Shown: positions 26,609 to 39,459, counted from the first letter of the stretch. The stretch: 64,000 nucleotides of DNA from Marsupella aquatica (GCA_973895155.1 OZ316898.1:9762286-9826285), one strand, 5' to 3'. A program made the numbers and translations. Notes: generated from the sequence alone by a model not told the origin.

Positions 26609-28717
26609 ATGCAGTCGTTATCTACAACAGCTCCGGATTTCCGAACATTCCGACACCGTGTTTGTGCTCTGAGATGAAGGGAAACTGATCTCATCTGTGG
26701 TTTGTGTTTCTTACAGAGAGTAAGACTTCCACGAGCTGCTCCGGTTTCTGAGATGTTCATCTTACCAGATCTTCCATACCCACTTGTAATCTTTCTACCA
26801 TTGCCCTCATGTGTTTGGTAACACTCCTTAATATATCTCAGTTCCTGTTCTACACGGGCAGTTTACAGTCGAGTCCATTGCACATCGCAATTGAACTTGT
26901 TAACACCTAGTCGTCAATTGTGCTGGTTCGGCTCTTCACTGAAGAATTTAACTACAATATTTGGTTGGAGGTTAGTGTTGAGCAAGTGGTTTGACTGGGC
27001 AGGATGGACTGGAGCCACATATTAGCCGGCAGACATTGGAATTTCATTGGGGCAAACATCACCGCGCGTATGTCGACAACTTGAATAAGCAGGTTGAGAA
27101 CACCGACTTACAGAGGAATACCTTGGATGAGATCGTAAAAATCAGTTACAACAATGGGAATCCGTCGCCTGCTTTTAACAACGCTGGACAGGTATCTTTC
27201 TCCACAACTCTAGAAGTTACAGAAAATGGTGAGCTTATTTCCCAGGTGGAGTGTCCCAATTTGTTCTGAATAGTCTTAGAAGAGAACTCATGTCATGAGC
27301 AAGGGAACTTACTTTTCCTTCTCTGGTTTCATGGTTCTTGGCTTTTGGGATGAAGCTATGGTTTTAATTTGAATCTTAGGTTTTCATAACAACTATCTTA
27401 TCGTAGAATGTTTCGATGCAACCTTTCAAGCAAATGCTGACACTCTCTAAGAAAGTGGCATCACTGAAAAGGGGAAATGTATCTTGGCCTACAGGCTTAG
27501 AATCATGATTTCTATTGGTCATCAATGAAACCAGGAGGTGGTGGAAAGCCTGAAGGAGAATTGATGACACTTATTGAGAGAGACTTTGGAAGCTACGAGA
27601 CTTTCTTGGCAGAATTCAAGCAGGCTGCAACCAGTCAGTTTGGGTCTGGGTGGGCTTGGCTTGTCGGTATGTTCAACCGGCAAGGACTTACTTCCAGTTC
27701 AAATCCTCCAACACTAGACTCTGGCTTTTCTTGGAGTAGTCAGTTGTAATTACAGCGGAGTAGACTCAATGTGTGCTGTGCAATAACTTTGTATTCGGAA
27801 AAATGGATAACTTTGTTTAGGTCTATGGGGAGGGTTTGAGTTTTGTATCATATATATAAGACCACGGTAGCATTGGAAATGTCATTTTTTAGCTTCGGCT
27901 CAATTTTGGGTGCGGTAATAAACAACTACATCAGAGCAGTTACGATTCCCCCGGAGTCAGTGAAGAATCTGCAGTATTAGATGATGTCCTTTCTGTTAGT
28001 GGAACTTTTTTAAGTCATGTTAGCGTTTCCTGTCTGGCAGCGAACAAAGCAAAGCTCGAGATTGTGAAAACTCCAAATGCCATCAACCCGCTTATATGGG
28101 GCCAAGTTGTACGATAACAGCCTGATTCTTGTTTATTTTCGTAGAAGTTAGTTCGTTACGCGTCCATCGATTTTCCATGCATTTCAAAGAGAAATGCTTG
28201 ACTCTGTTGTTGACGATTCACAACTGAAGATCTCGGACGGTGATTATTCCTTGCAGCCTTTGCTGGTGATTGACGTCTGGGAGGTAAGATTTCCTGACCA
28301 CCAGGCGATGTGGAATGTAGTGTTAGGCTGCTTCGTTAATTGGTTTGTTTCAATTTTTTTTCTTTCGTTGATTCTACTTCTGCGTTCGAGTTGGCTAATG
28401 GTGGTAATGGATCCTCCGCCTTGCGCAGCATGCATATTACCTTGACTTTCAGGTAACATCAAAACCCTTCTAACTAGTTCCAATTCTTTGTATCAACTTT
28501 CCGCCGCTTGAATTATTTTTGTTTGAAACTAAGACATACCAGTTCATGAGGTGAAAATCTGATTTATAAATTTGTATTGTGGTGTTTGCAGAATCGCCGC
28601 CCAGATTATGTGACCACGTTTATAAACAACCTAGTTAACTGGGATGCAGCTGAGGAACGCCTTGCCCGTGCCAAAGCGTTTATGAATTTCGGAGAACCCA
28701 ACATTCCAGAATTGTAG
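26609..28717 (+). CDS. FSD3: Plastid Fe superoxide dismutase, FSD3-like; in-frame TAG at 27498-27500 (possible pseudogene); start codon uncertain
   Basis: Exons encode LPDLPYPL|[30 protein letters not shown]|[16 protein letters not shown]|KTPNAINPL|PLLVIDVWE|HAYYLDFQ|[24 protein letters not shown]; the C-terminal tail resembles FSD3. Confidence 0.8.
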
Positions 28718-29369
28718 CCAGTGTCCTCAATGTTGATACGAGTAGGAGAAAGCGGTTGCCTGTTGATAGACAACCACTTTACCTGCAAAACAAGATGAGT
28801 GTAGGATGAGGCAATTTCATAGAATCTGAACAGACTGGCCTCAGCTTCATAGGATGTCAGTTTAATCTGTTCTAAGCCTTCCAAGCTATACCGGTTAGGA
28901 ATTATTCAGCATGATGTCAGGCTTTAGGTTGGGCAATATAAATGCTTAATGAGACAACGATGGTTTGTGTCCCTAGTTAATGGGATGAAGAAAATTGTGT
29001 CCCTTGGGACTGTGCATGTTTCATGGAAAAATAGTCCGAAATCTTGATAACATAGAATGGAAGACACCAATGCTATTATCCAGCCTGAACAATTTGTATG
29101 TCTCATGGGCCCTGCATCGGTGTTTTAAATCCTCTTTAGTTATTAATCCTCTGGGGCGTGTGGCGGGTGCAACAGCACTTTCGAGACTACTCGGTACATG
29201 CGTGGATCGGGATGGTCGTAGCTTCTTTTTCTATAGAGCACGGTGACGTGCATAAGCTGAAGAGTCCTTTTTTGGCTTGTAGAACCATCCATCTGCATTG
29301 TTTTTGTGTTTCCGCATATACAAACTGTCTTAATGTCAATGGAAGTCACAGATTTTACTTCCCAATATC

Positions 29370-31570
29370 TAGCGACCGTTAGAAGGTGTTGAATCTCATT
29401 TACCCAGAGAAAGAATATGCTGCCCAAAATCTAGCGACTTGCTACCATCCGCCTTTACTAAACCTAAGGTCCTTGCATGCACGTACATCAAAAGTCACTT
29501 CAAGGGTCATTTGAGCTTTAAGGTGCACACGCTGATAACCTATTAGGTTTTTCTTTGCCACGCCGTTCCTGCCACTCCCTGGGGGTACAGCATACAATTT
29601 CACCACAGTACTTCCACTCCTGCTCCCCTCGTTCCTGACCATAACTTCTACACGAAAGCTCAAATTGCCACAAACACTCGCATCATCTTCAATAGGTGGG
29701 TCGGCATCTTCAAGACTGAAAAGTATCTCCCGCTGGGTACTACCTTTTGCTTTGTAGAACGAATCAAGCACAAAGAAGAAGCAGACTTAAAGCTGAATTT
29801 GAAAGAAGTATATGACAACCCATGCCCAAACGCAAATACAGGCTCTCCTGTATAGAAGCGGTAGCTACGGCCAGGATACCCAGCTGAGATATTGGGGCGC
29901 ATATTCATGATTGTCATTGGCACTGTTGGAAAAGACTCTGGATATTGGAAGCTTCCCTCCTGGGTTATAGTCTCCAAAAATTATCCGTGCTAGAGCCTGA
30001 CCACCGGCTTGTCCAGGGTATCCAGCCCAGATGATGCTTGATATGAAGGGGTCCTCTTTAGCAAATGCTACATCTACAGGACCACCTGAAACAACGACAA
30101 GCACAACCGGACCTTTGGCAACTTTGGCGACTTCAGATATGAGCTTTTCTTCATTGCCTGGCAGTAGTAGACTGGTTCGGTCCACACCTTCTACCTCCAT
30201 CGAGAGACTCAACCCCACCACAATGACAACTGCATCAGCTTCAGTTGCTGCAAATGCTGCGTCACTGAAATTTTCATCCTTGCAAAATATATCACTGCAT
30301 GCTGGCCGGTAGTGGATATTGCGAACGTAATCGGATAAACCTTGCAGCGGGTTTATCCCATTACGTGATATATATACAAGGAATTTCTGCATAGTTGCCA
30401 AGTAATCTATTCTCTAGGTCATTTGCACTTGGACTCAGAACAGCCAAGGAATGGGAATTCTCCCAGGACAGCGGCAGTGCACTTTTATCATTCTTAAGAA
30501 GCACAATGCTTTGAAGTGCAGCTTCTAATGCAAGGGTTTGATGCGCTTCGGTACAGACATCATTGACGCTAAGATGTCCGTATCTCTGGCTTTGAGGATC
30601 ACCGTCAAAAAGACCAAGCCGCATTAGCACCGCAAACATATTGCGTAGTGCAACATTCAGATCTGACTCTTTCAGCTTGCCCTGGCTCATAGCCAGTTCT
30701 GCATGATCTCGGTTATCCCACAATTGAGATCTAACCCTGCTAGCAAAGAGTCGGCCACAGCATCCTCCAACGTTTTGGAATAGGCTGGCTCATTGGTCAT
30801 ATCATACACCGTATCACAGTCTGAAACTATGTAACCTTCCAAACCCCAGTTCTCTCGGGCAGTTTCTGTGAGGAAACTGTAGCTGCCACACATGGGTACA
30901 CCGTTCACCCTGTTGTAAGAGCACATCAGACCACTGGCTTTGCCCTCTTGGATACAGCTCTTGAAGGGCGGATTAAATGTGTCCTCCATGTCTTGCTGTG
31001 TTAGAACAGCATTGAAGTGATCACGGTCATCATTACCCCATTTCTCAAGGTCATAAGCCGAGAAATGTTGCAACAAGTTGATGTTTTTAGCATAAAGCCA
31101 GGAAACGAACTGCTCGTTCCCCTCATGAGATCGTCATCTCTCTCTTGCATTCCTCTTACAAATGCAGCTGCGTAGTTGCTTGATAGAACCGGGTCCTCCC
31201 CAGGAGTTTCCTGGCCTCGTCCCCATCTCGGATCTCGAAAGATGTTCACAACTTCACATTGGGCGACCAGAAAGTTAGCCCAGTTTGACCCACATTGTAC
31301 ATTGCCTCGTCATTTGGCCGCCCCGTGGAAAGTTCGAACCATTTGTTGTCAAAGCGACACATACACAGGTGGACGCCAATCAATCAAATCCTCCTCATCC
31401 TGAAGTAATTCAGCCCGTTCTTGTCGATTGGACCAGAGAAGCTCCTGCGAGCCAGCAAGACAGCCTTTTGTGCTGCCTTTCACCTCGATCAAAGGTGAGT
31501 TGAGACACTGGAATGATCGGTTGATCGATTGAGTGACTAATGCAGCTCCTCATTGTATGTTGTATAAATT
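29370..31570 (-). pseudogene. GH3 beta-D-xylosidase/arabinofuranosidase (BXL-like) pseudogene, apparently intronless
   Basis: [65 protein letters not shown] and a C-terminal Fn3-like region; about six frameshifts; fragments abut with no intron-sized gaps. Confidence 0.88.
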
Positions 31571-32069
31571 GCAACGCTCCCGACCCACACAACAGAATTG
31601 CTCACCGTGAAACCTGGCAACTCCAGGCCGAGGATCGAGAGTCGAGTGCCTTCATAATTGTCATGGAGAACCCATCTTCAGGGGGGCACACTCTTGGTCA
31701 CACTCTTATTAGTAGTGTTGCCCTGTTTGCCTTTTCCATTCAAATTGATAAGATAAAACTCTCCATGGTCCTTCGTGTCACTCACACTAATTTTATTTAC
31801 TTGAAATATCTTTTTGAATTCCATTCACAAAGACAGCATACAAGAGGGCGGCCCAAAGGGCAACACCAGGGGGACCAAAGTCGGAGCCAAACAAGCACTA
31901 GGACAGATGTCAAGCCTTCAGGAAGAAAGACAGCTAAGCAAGCGATTTAACTACTGCACCAGGAGAAGCACACTCCACAAAGCGCCACTATCCCCAAAGC
32001 AAAATCCGGTGGAACCAGGTTACTAAAATGAGTGAATAATGTTCTCAAAAAAGTAATTAGTTGACGACC

Positions 32070-33070
32070 CCTTTGTTATTTAAGTTTCATGTTATTCAAC
32101 AACTAAGTTAGAGCACATGAAGAGTTGCATCCTGGACTAGGTTTGAATATGGAGATGAGGGGGAAAAAAGAGTAGATTATTCATGGTAGTAGGCCATGCA
32201 CAACTTTCCCTTGGTACTCTTATGTCCATAGAGTCCATGCAAAATGTTATAGAAGCCTAAGGGTTTCTTACATTCCTTTGGTATTCTTTTATCCATAGTA
32301 GTTAAAGGGTTTCTTATATTCCCTTGGTGTTCTTTTGTCCATAGTAGCCGAAGGGTTTCTTACATTACCTTGGTAAATGTTACAGTAGTTGAAGAGTTTC
32401 TTTCTACCCATGGTTATTCAAAAAATTGCTAATTAAATAGAAAACTCATACAATCTACTGGAAAACACTGATATAGCAATCACAACCCATCCAAATGTTA
32501 TTTTCTTGGACCCCACTTTTCACCCCTTTCTTTGTTTATTTGAAAAGTTACTTTTCAGTTTTCCATTGGTTGTACAATTACAAGGTCTAACTGTTTTTTT
32601 TACTTGTCTCAAACACAGATAATCTTGTTTGGTACTTTTTGCATAACAAACCCTTCTTGTTTGTGACCAATAGTGCTGACTCCTATACCAATGTAATGCA
32701 TGTTAGGTATTTACTCTTAGGTCTAGGGTTACGACATGTAACCATAGTTAGGCTAACTGTAGTCGGAGATGTGATTAGGTTAACTAACTTGCACACTATA
32801 TTCTAAGCGTTGTGTGCTTGGATAAGTGAAACTAAGGCTCATTGTTAGGGAGCCACTTGAAAGATGAGGAGAGCTTACACTATGGAGACTTGGTATGGCC
32901 GACGGACTTAGAGTTCTGTAAAGCTCTCTTGTGTGTTCCCGTGGACGTAGCCTCAAGGCGGTAAACCACGAATCTCTTGTGTCGACTACTTGTGCGTTGG
33001 ATGTGTCATGTGCCTACCATTGTGAATGTCGTCTATGCTCAACAATGCCCATGTCAGGCTAGAAAGTTTT
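32070..33070 (-). repeat. Dispersed repeat, copy 3 (interrupted by the solo LTR)
   Basis: Similar to copy 2 in the same orientation (CACTGATATAGCAATCACAA, CTTGTTTGTGAC). Confidence 0.7.
32701..33044 (+). mobile_element. Solo LTR related to the copia LTR at 2180
   Basis: TGTTAGG..TTACTCTTAGGTCTAG...GTGTTCCCGTGGACGTAGCCTCA...TGCTCAACA; flanks ATGCA/ATGCC (TSD with 1 mismatch); no PBS or internal sequence. Confidence 0.88.
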
Positions 33071-34718
33071 TAGCCAGCAAATGGACGTTGTTGTACCTAC
33101 TGTGTTTTAGAAGCAAGTCTATGTACTAGGTTATAGAAGCAAGTATATTCATGGGCATCCCCTTCCATTGGGTATCCCTTTTCAATCAATCCAAGAGTAT
33201 CCAAATCATTGGAATACATCTGATGGTACTGGTTTTCTCCCTCCTTTTTCACTTTTGTAAACAGATGGTATGGAAGCTATTGGGTGGGGTAGCTTAGTGG
33301 TTGATTTAGAAAGTGTCAATCTGATGCCCATCCCTCTTCTGATTCATGGTCTGTTTACTAAGGGCATCTCTTAGAAAACCATGAATCGAAAGAGGGATGG
33401 GAAGCTTCCCACCAGATTAATCCCATTTTGATTTATGGTCAAGTAACACTTGGCCTTGAATTTTGGCATATATCTTTGCTATATACTAGGAAAGGAAACT
33501 CCTAGCTCTGTATGGTTAAGTCCTTATTCTGTATTTAATGTATACAGTACTTAGGAAATAGAGTACACCATGAAAAGTGATAAGTCAACTAAATCTCAGA
33601 GGTTAGACATTGTGGTCCATCTGAGAATCACCCCAAAATATGTTGGCGGGTATGTTATTCCACATAGTGATTATAACTATGATCACAGTATGGGCAGAGT
33701 CTACACCTACGAACAAATAAACAGGTGCATGGAATTTAGGCGGTATGCAGGCCATTTAATGCCATAATGCTCCAACAAATTGTCATGTCGAGGGACAGTG
33801 CCTCTTATGCACATCGGCATGTCCCTCGCCTGCCCGCTAGGTATGTAGTTAGGGCTAGTGTACTACCTGAGTTAGCGACATGTTCTTGTAGCAAGTCTGG
33901 GCCGTTCTTGAAGCAAATGTGCTTGTTAGTGTGACGCCAGGACTTTGCTTGCTTAGGGCATGTCTTTCTTTGTGGGTTTTCAGTTCTTCTTGAATCGCTG
34001 TTGACAGAGCTCAGACAGTGCTCGTCAGTTCCGTACACGGGATTCACACAGCGATTCGTTAGATGCTCCCGGCCGATCTTGGCATCCCGCCGATTTTTGA
34101 TTCGATTTCAGTACGATTGTTTCTCTTACGCCTTTTATTCAAGAAGAACTCTGTGGTGAAGGGAAGAAAATTGGAGACGTGCTTCTCAGCTGCTCATGTC
34201 GGTTCAGACAATTCCCATTGAAGCCGGTGCAATTTCTTTGAGCAGCATTGGAATGGCGGGTTAAAAGTTATGGGTTTAATGTGGTGTTATGTGTATACAC
34301 CTAACATCCCCGGTTGAGCCCGTGCTTTTGTTCCCGGCTACCTTCGTGACCCCTTCTGCTATGTGCTGCCTTCGACTGTCACTGCCGACTGCGCATCGAC
34401 AACCGACTTGCTGTCGACTGCCTTTTTCTTTCGCGTTTTTGCCCCTTTTCCAGCGTTTCTTGTTTCCGGCCACGCATGACCACCTCCCGGCCGCCGCGTG
34501 CCCACTTCCCTTCCGACCGCGCGCCCTGTTTTTCTCTTTTTCGCCGTTTCCGGCTGTGGTCTCCCCTTCGCCTCCCTCCCGCATAAGGCAGGCTGCGCAT
34601 AGGGCATCGTGCCCTCTCATTTCTGCCAGCATTTTAATTAAGGAGGAAGGGATCCGACTAGCCAAGCACAAGTGCGAGGGGGGAGACAGAGCCGAGGCAG
34701 CCAGCAACGCAAGGAGTG

Positions 34719-35045
34719 GGCACGAGGCCCTAAGCAACATTAAGGAGAGGAGGGGGAGTACATTCAACTCCCTCTCTCGGGAGTCCTGCTAGGCACGAGG
34801 CCCTAGGCAAGCAATTAAAGCAGGGGGAGGGGGAGACAAGCGCAAGGAGAGGAGGGCACGAGGCCCTATGGAGGATTAAAGAGGGGGGGTTACATTCGAC
34901 TCCTTTCCCTGGAGTCCTTCTGCCACTCTGCCACTCTGCCAGGCACAGAAGCATTCATTAAAGCAGGAGAGGAGGGGGAGCGAGAGTGCCAGGAGAAGGC
35001 ACGAGGCCCTAATAAGTAACATTAAGGAGGGGAGGGGGAGTTAGT
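34719..35045 (+). repeat. Purine-rich repeated modules in the element leader
   Basis: GGCACGAGGCCCTA at 34719, 34792, 34855, 34998, each followed by ATTAA(A)G and GGAGGGGG-like tracts. Confidence 0.8.
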
Positions 35046-35375
35046 CGCTCCCTTCTCTTCGAGAGCACATGAGGAGCCAGGAGGGGGTGCAAAACCCTAT
35101 GCAGGGCCTGAGCCATTGATTGAGACCCCTTTTCTTTTCGTTTTTGGTCGCTGCGCGACCTGCAGCGCCCATGTTTTCCAAATCACAGTGGTTTGTGCAT
35201 AGGCCCTGGTCTTAATTGGGGCCCCATTTCTTTTCTTTCGCTGCGCCCTCGCCTCGCTTCCTCGCTTCGCCGCACTTTTTCCTCCTTAATTAAGTGCTCC
35301 GCAGCCTGTACGTACATAGGGTCTCGTCGCTTTTCCCTTGTGCTTGCCAGTTTCCAGGTCCACAATGGGGCCCGA

Positions 35376-35451
35376 TGTGTATACACTTAAGGGGCCCGTA
35401 TATGTATTCACTTAAGGGGGGGCCGGATGTGTATTCACTAAAAGGGGGTCC
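35376..35451 (+). repeat. Three ~26-bp tandem units ATRTGTATWCACTWAARGGGG
   Basis: Seen directly; related GTATACAC palindromes at ~34293 and ~35576. Confidence 0.7.
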
Positions 35452-37129
35452 ATTTTCAGTGTCTTTTCCCTGCCGCCGGCATTAGGCCATTCCGGACAAT
35501 TGGTCGCCACAGGTCATCTACATCGGGCTGCGGGCCCGGGGTATCCACATGGGACAGCAATCCCACATCGCCTATGTATACACATAGGCAAGCGCGACGG
35601 GGACACAATTTGAGGTTTAAGGGTCCTTTTTTTTCCGACGGTTTTTCGACGGTGACGGGTTTTCTCAGTCTTTATACATTTTGCACATTTTGGGTACTGT
35701 CACACAGCATGTCAGCAGACGAGCTGGGAGGTAGCAGCTCATCGCCACCAACGCCCAGGTACCACTTACGGAGTGATCCACGACCGTTGGTGCCCATTTC
35801 ATTGGAGTCTCGGCAATTTTGACGATGTCAGCAGCCATCAGCAGCACCCACACCACGCAACCCTTCTGCTACATTTGGCGGTCGCTTCACCACTACCCTG
35901 AAGCCTACTATTGCTTCTTTGCCCTTTACTCCTTCTGCATCACTGCTTGTTCCAGCTTCACCGACATACAGCATGGATGCCAGCCACTCATCTGGCCACA
36001 TTGAACGCTTCAGTGGGCGGCCAGGCACTGTTTCTTTACGTGAGTTCAAATCCACTTTCTACACTGTCATTTACGAATTGGAGTTGAAATACGGCAGCAA
36101 TTTCACCAATGCTTTTGCATTTAAGCAGCTAGCCAGGTATGTGCACCACGAGGCTTTGGATGTGTATGAGCAGCACTCTCAACGGCTGCTTGCTGTCACA
36201 CAATTGCCTAACCCTGCCTATGCCACTGCAATTGCGGCTGCCTCACAACTGGCATTACAGAATGCCATTGCAGCCCATGCTGCTGCTCCTGCCACTTCCC
36301 CTCCTACTCCAGTTCCCACCACTGCACCAGTTACTCCCACCATCTTGGCACAGGCTACATCAGGCATTTCTCCCACCATTGATTCCCCTGCCTTTGCGGA
36401 TCCAGTGGCTGAGTTTTTCCAGGTTCTTGAATTGGAATTCCAAATCAAGAGTGCTGACAAAATTATGCAGTTGGCCACCTTTGTGAGGCAGCGCGATGAA
36501 ACATTGAAGATGATGTATCGCCGGCTTCTCAAGCTGAAGGACACCCAGAGCATCACTGACCTGGAAGCTGCTCATCGCTATCTTCGCGCATTGGAGGGCA
36601 CATCAGCTCTCCATTCGCAAGTGTTGCAGCAAGTATTCTCAGAGTTTGGAGACAGCTACACCTTGCTCAATGTCTATGACACTGTTGAGAAACTTGAGTT
36701 GGCCCATGCACATTATGAGGCCAGTATTGCGCGTCCACCGCGATCCAGGTACCAGGCTGCTGCCCCTACAATGGCCCCCCCTTCCCGTGTGCCACAATAT
36801 GCTTCCAAGACCAAACCAGCACATGTTGCTTTCATGCTGTCATCTTGCAACTACTGTGGCAATCCTAATCACAAGGCTAATGATTGTGATATTGTTGCTG
36901 AGGACCTGTCTTGTGATTTTTGCGGGAAAGTGGGCCACTTGGAGGCAGTTTGTTTTGCCAAATTCCCAGAGAGGAAGCAGCTACGACAACAGGCCACTCA
37001 TCCTGCTCCTGTTTCCACTCCCCCACCAGCTAGGAGGGCTCATACTGCATCCGTTGCTCCTCCTTCCAATGGCAAAGCAACCAGTGCCACCAAATTGCCC
37101 AAGCAGCAACAGAAGCTACCCGCTCAGAA

Positions 37130-37767
37130 GGCCTCATTCACAATTGGACGACCCAAAAGGAACGTCACACTCAAAAGTGACCATAGTTTATTATGCTTTA
37201 GGACATCATTTGTAAGGTGTAATGAGATGATATGCAAAATTTGATGTACTATACTTAATAAACATCCTGTAGGTTGGTAACATTAATTAAACTATCTAGC
37301 ATTTGAGACTTTGAAGCTTTCCTTATATGTCCTTCAAAGATCGATAAAATGACTTGTCACGCAACTAGTCACATCATTTCAGCACTCGAAATGACTCTAA
37401 AACTTGCATTTTAGACAATGAAATTTTACCAAGGCATGCATACTAATAGAATAATCTTATATTTTAAAACTCAAATATTGACACACACTAAACCTTTATG
37501 TACAGGACAAAAATAATTAGTAATTTTGGCTTATTTAGGGCCATCAATAATAGGATCCCTTAAAAAAGTTAAAAACTTGATTTATCTACATGGTGAGGTA
37601 GGTTACACCATGTAAAATAGTCTTGTGAAAAAATTAGACTTAAATGTCTTGAGATAAAATCATGATGAAGCTTTTTCCATGTTATGAAAGTCATTTTTCA
37701 CTAAAAAAACATGTTTTTGAGTCCTAAAAGTGGTTCCTATGAGGTACACCCAATTGTGAATGAGGCC
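37130..37767. mobile_element. MITE-like insertion (638 bp, AT-rich) in gag
   Basis: Perfect 18-bp TIR GGCCTCATTCACAATTGG with TSD AGAA (alternatively 17-bp TIR with TSD CAGAAG); removing it restores the gag frame (PAQK-EAHTAQ). Confidence 0.92.
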
Positions 37768-39459
37768 AGAAGGAGGCTCACACTGCACAGGCAACTCAAC
37801 TCCAGTCTCTGACTCATGAGGTTGAGTCCCTACGTGCCCAACTTGCCAACATCAAAGGCAAGTCAACTACCTCTGCTGGTCCTTCTCAACCGGCTGGTCA
37901 CGTGCAACCCATCCCTGGCCCAGGCACCACTGACAGTTCAGCACCTCTACCCCGCTCTTTCTATGGCTTGCCATTTGATGCTCATATGGGTGAGTGTGTG
38001 CTGTCCTCTGCTCCATAGCCTGGCTTTACAGTAGACTTTTCAGATTCATTCTGCCCTTCCTATTTTGCTTACCAGCAGGCCCATGCTGCCTCCCGTATTG
38101 CTCCCACACGCCGCATTGTACAGGCTGATGGTCTTGCTGCTGGTCCTATGACTAGAGCCAGGGGCGCTCGGGCTGTCATGCCCCAATCTTTTCAGCCACT
38201 TACCCTTGCTGAAGAGCACACCTTGTTGGCGAGGGGGGAGGGAGTTGCAGCTACATCCATTCCACCACCAGGTGCTGCTGACATTTCATAGGGAGTTGTT
38301 TCTCCTGAGCTGCTTGAGTATTTCACCTCCGGTATGGCACAAAGGATTCTTACAACTCCACTTTTTAGTTGCCATGATTTACAACTGGATGCTAGAGCTA
38401 TCATCAGAGCGCTAGAGGGCTCACTGCATTCTTCATCAGCCCCTGTGACACCGGTTTTGGAGGTCCAATCTCATGTACATACTGGATCTTCTTCTTCTCC
38501 ATTACATGCTTCCACTGGTTTGGTTATCCCAGTACCAATTTCCAGTGGTAGAGATGACAGTATTGCTGCAGATTGTGTGACCAGAGCTACACTGGATTCT
38601 GGTCATGCTGCTCCATCTTTCCTGACTATGCTGTTGAGTGGAAAGACCGTGGACACTAACTCCCTTCACAAGGTACCTCATCATTTGCCAAAAGTGGTGC
38701 CTAGCGACAAGACTTCAGTTTCCACCACCATTGCCATTGTTGACAACAGGAATTCAGCGGTCAAGTTGGAGGGTCACACTCCTCAAGTGGTCATGCTGGA
38801 CACAGGCGCTCAACCAGTGATATTGGGCATTCAGTTTGCCAAGAAGATGGGACTACTGACTGATCATTTACAGCAATCCAGGTGGCACATTCGGACTGCT
38901 AGTGGCACTGTGGAGGATGTGCTGGGTGAGAGTTCTACTTTACTCACTCTCACTTTTAATGGAGGTACAGATCAGGAATTGCATTTCCCAGTCAGATGTT
39001 TGGTTACCAGTGCCACTACGTATGATGTGCTCATTGGCCAGGAGGCTTTGTTCCCACCAGGTTTTACCATTGACAATTGGCATGAGCATGCATACTACAG
39101 AGTTGATTGGCATACGGATGGCTCACACTTGGGCTACATTCCACTTGATTTGCATGGTGCCCATACACCTATGGCTCACCACTGTGTGTTGAAAGCAGTG
39201 CACACAGCTACCTATGTCAACCACCCATTGCAGGATTGGATTGAGGAGGATGATGATGAGGTGGCTACTGCACATGCTGCTGCACGTATAGCAGCACTTT
39301 CCAGCAACGTGGATCATCAACCAGAGGTGGTACAACGGCTCCAAGCAGCCCATGGACCTTTGGTGGCTGCATTGCGCAAATTTGAGGATCTTGGGCAGCA
39401 CAATGGCCAACCAATAGCCCCAATCTTGAGCGCACCCGTTACATGGACTCCTCCTTCAG

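Noticed and set aside
34276-34792. 163-167-aa ORFs on both strands
   Set aside because: By-products of GC-rich, low-complexity leader sequence; no recognisable domain.
35500-35513. Possible PBS (TGGTCGCCACAGG) in the element leader
   Set aside because: I cannot match it to a tRNA 3' end, and the sequence upstream is not repeated at the element's 3' end.
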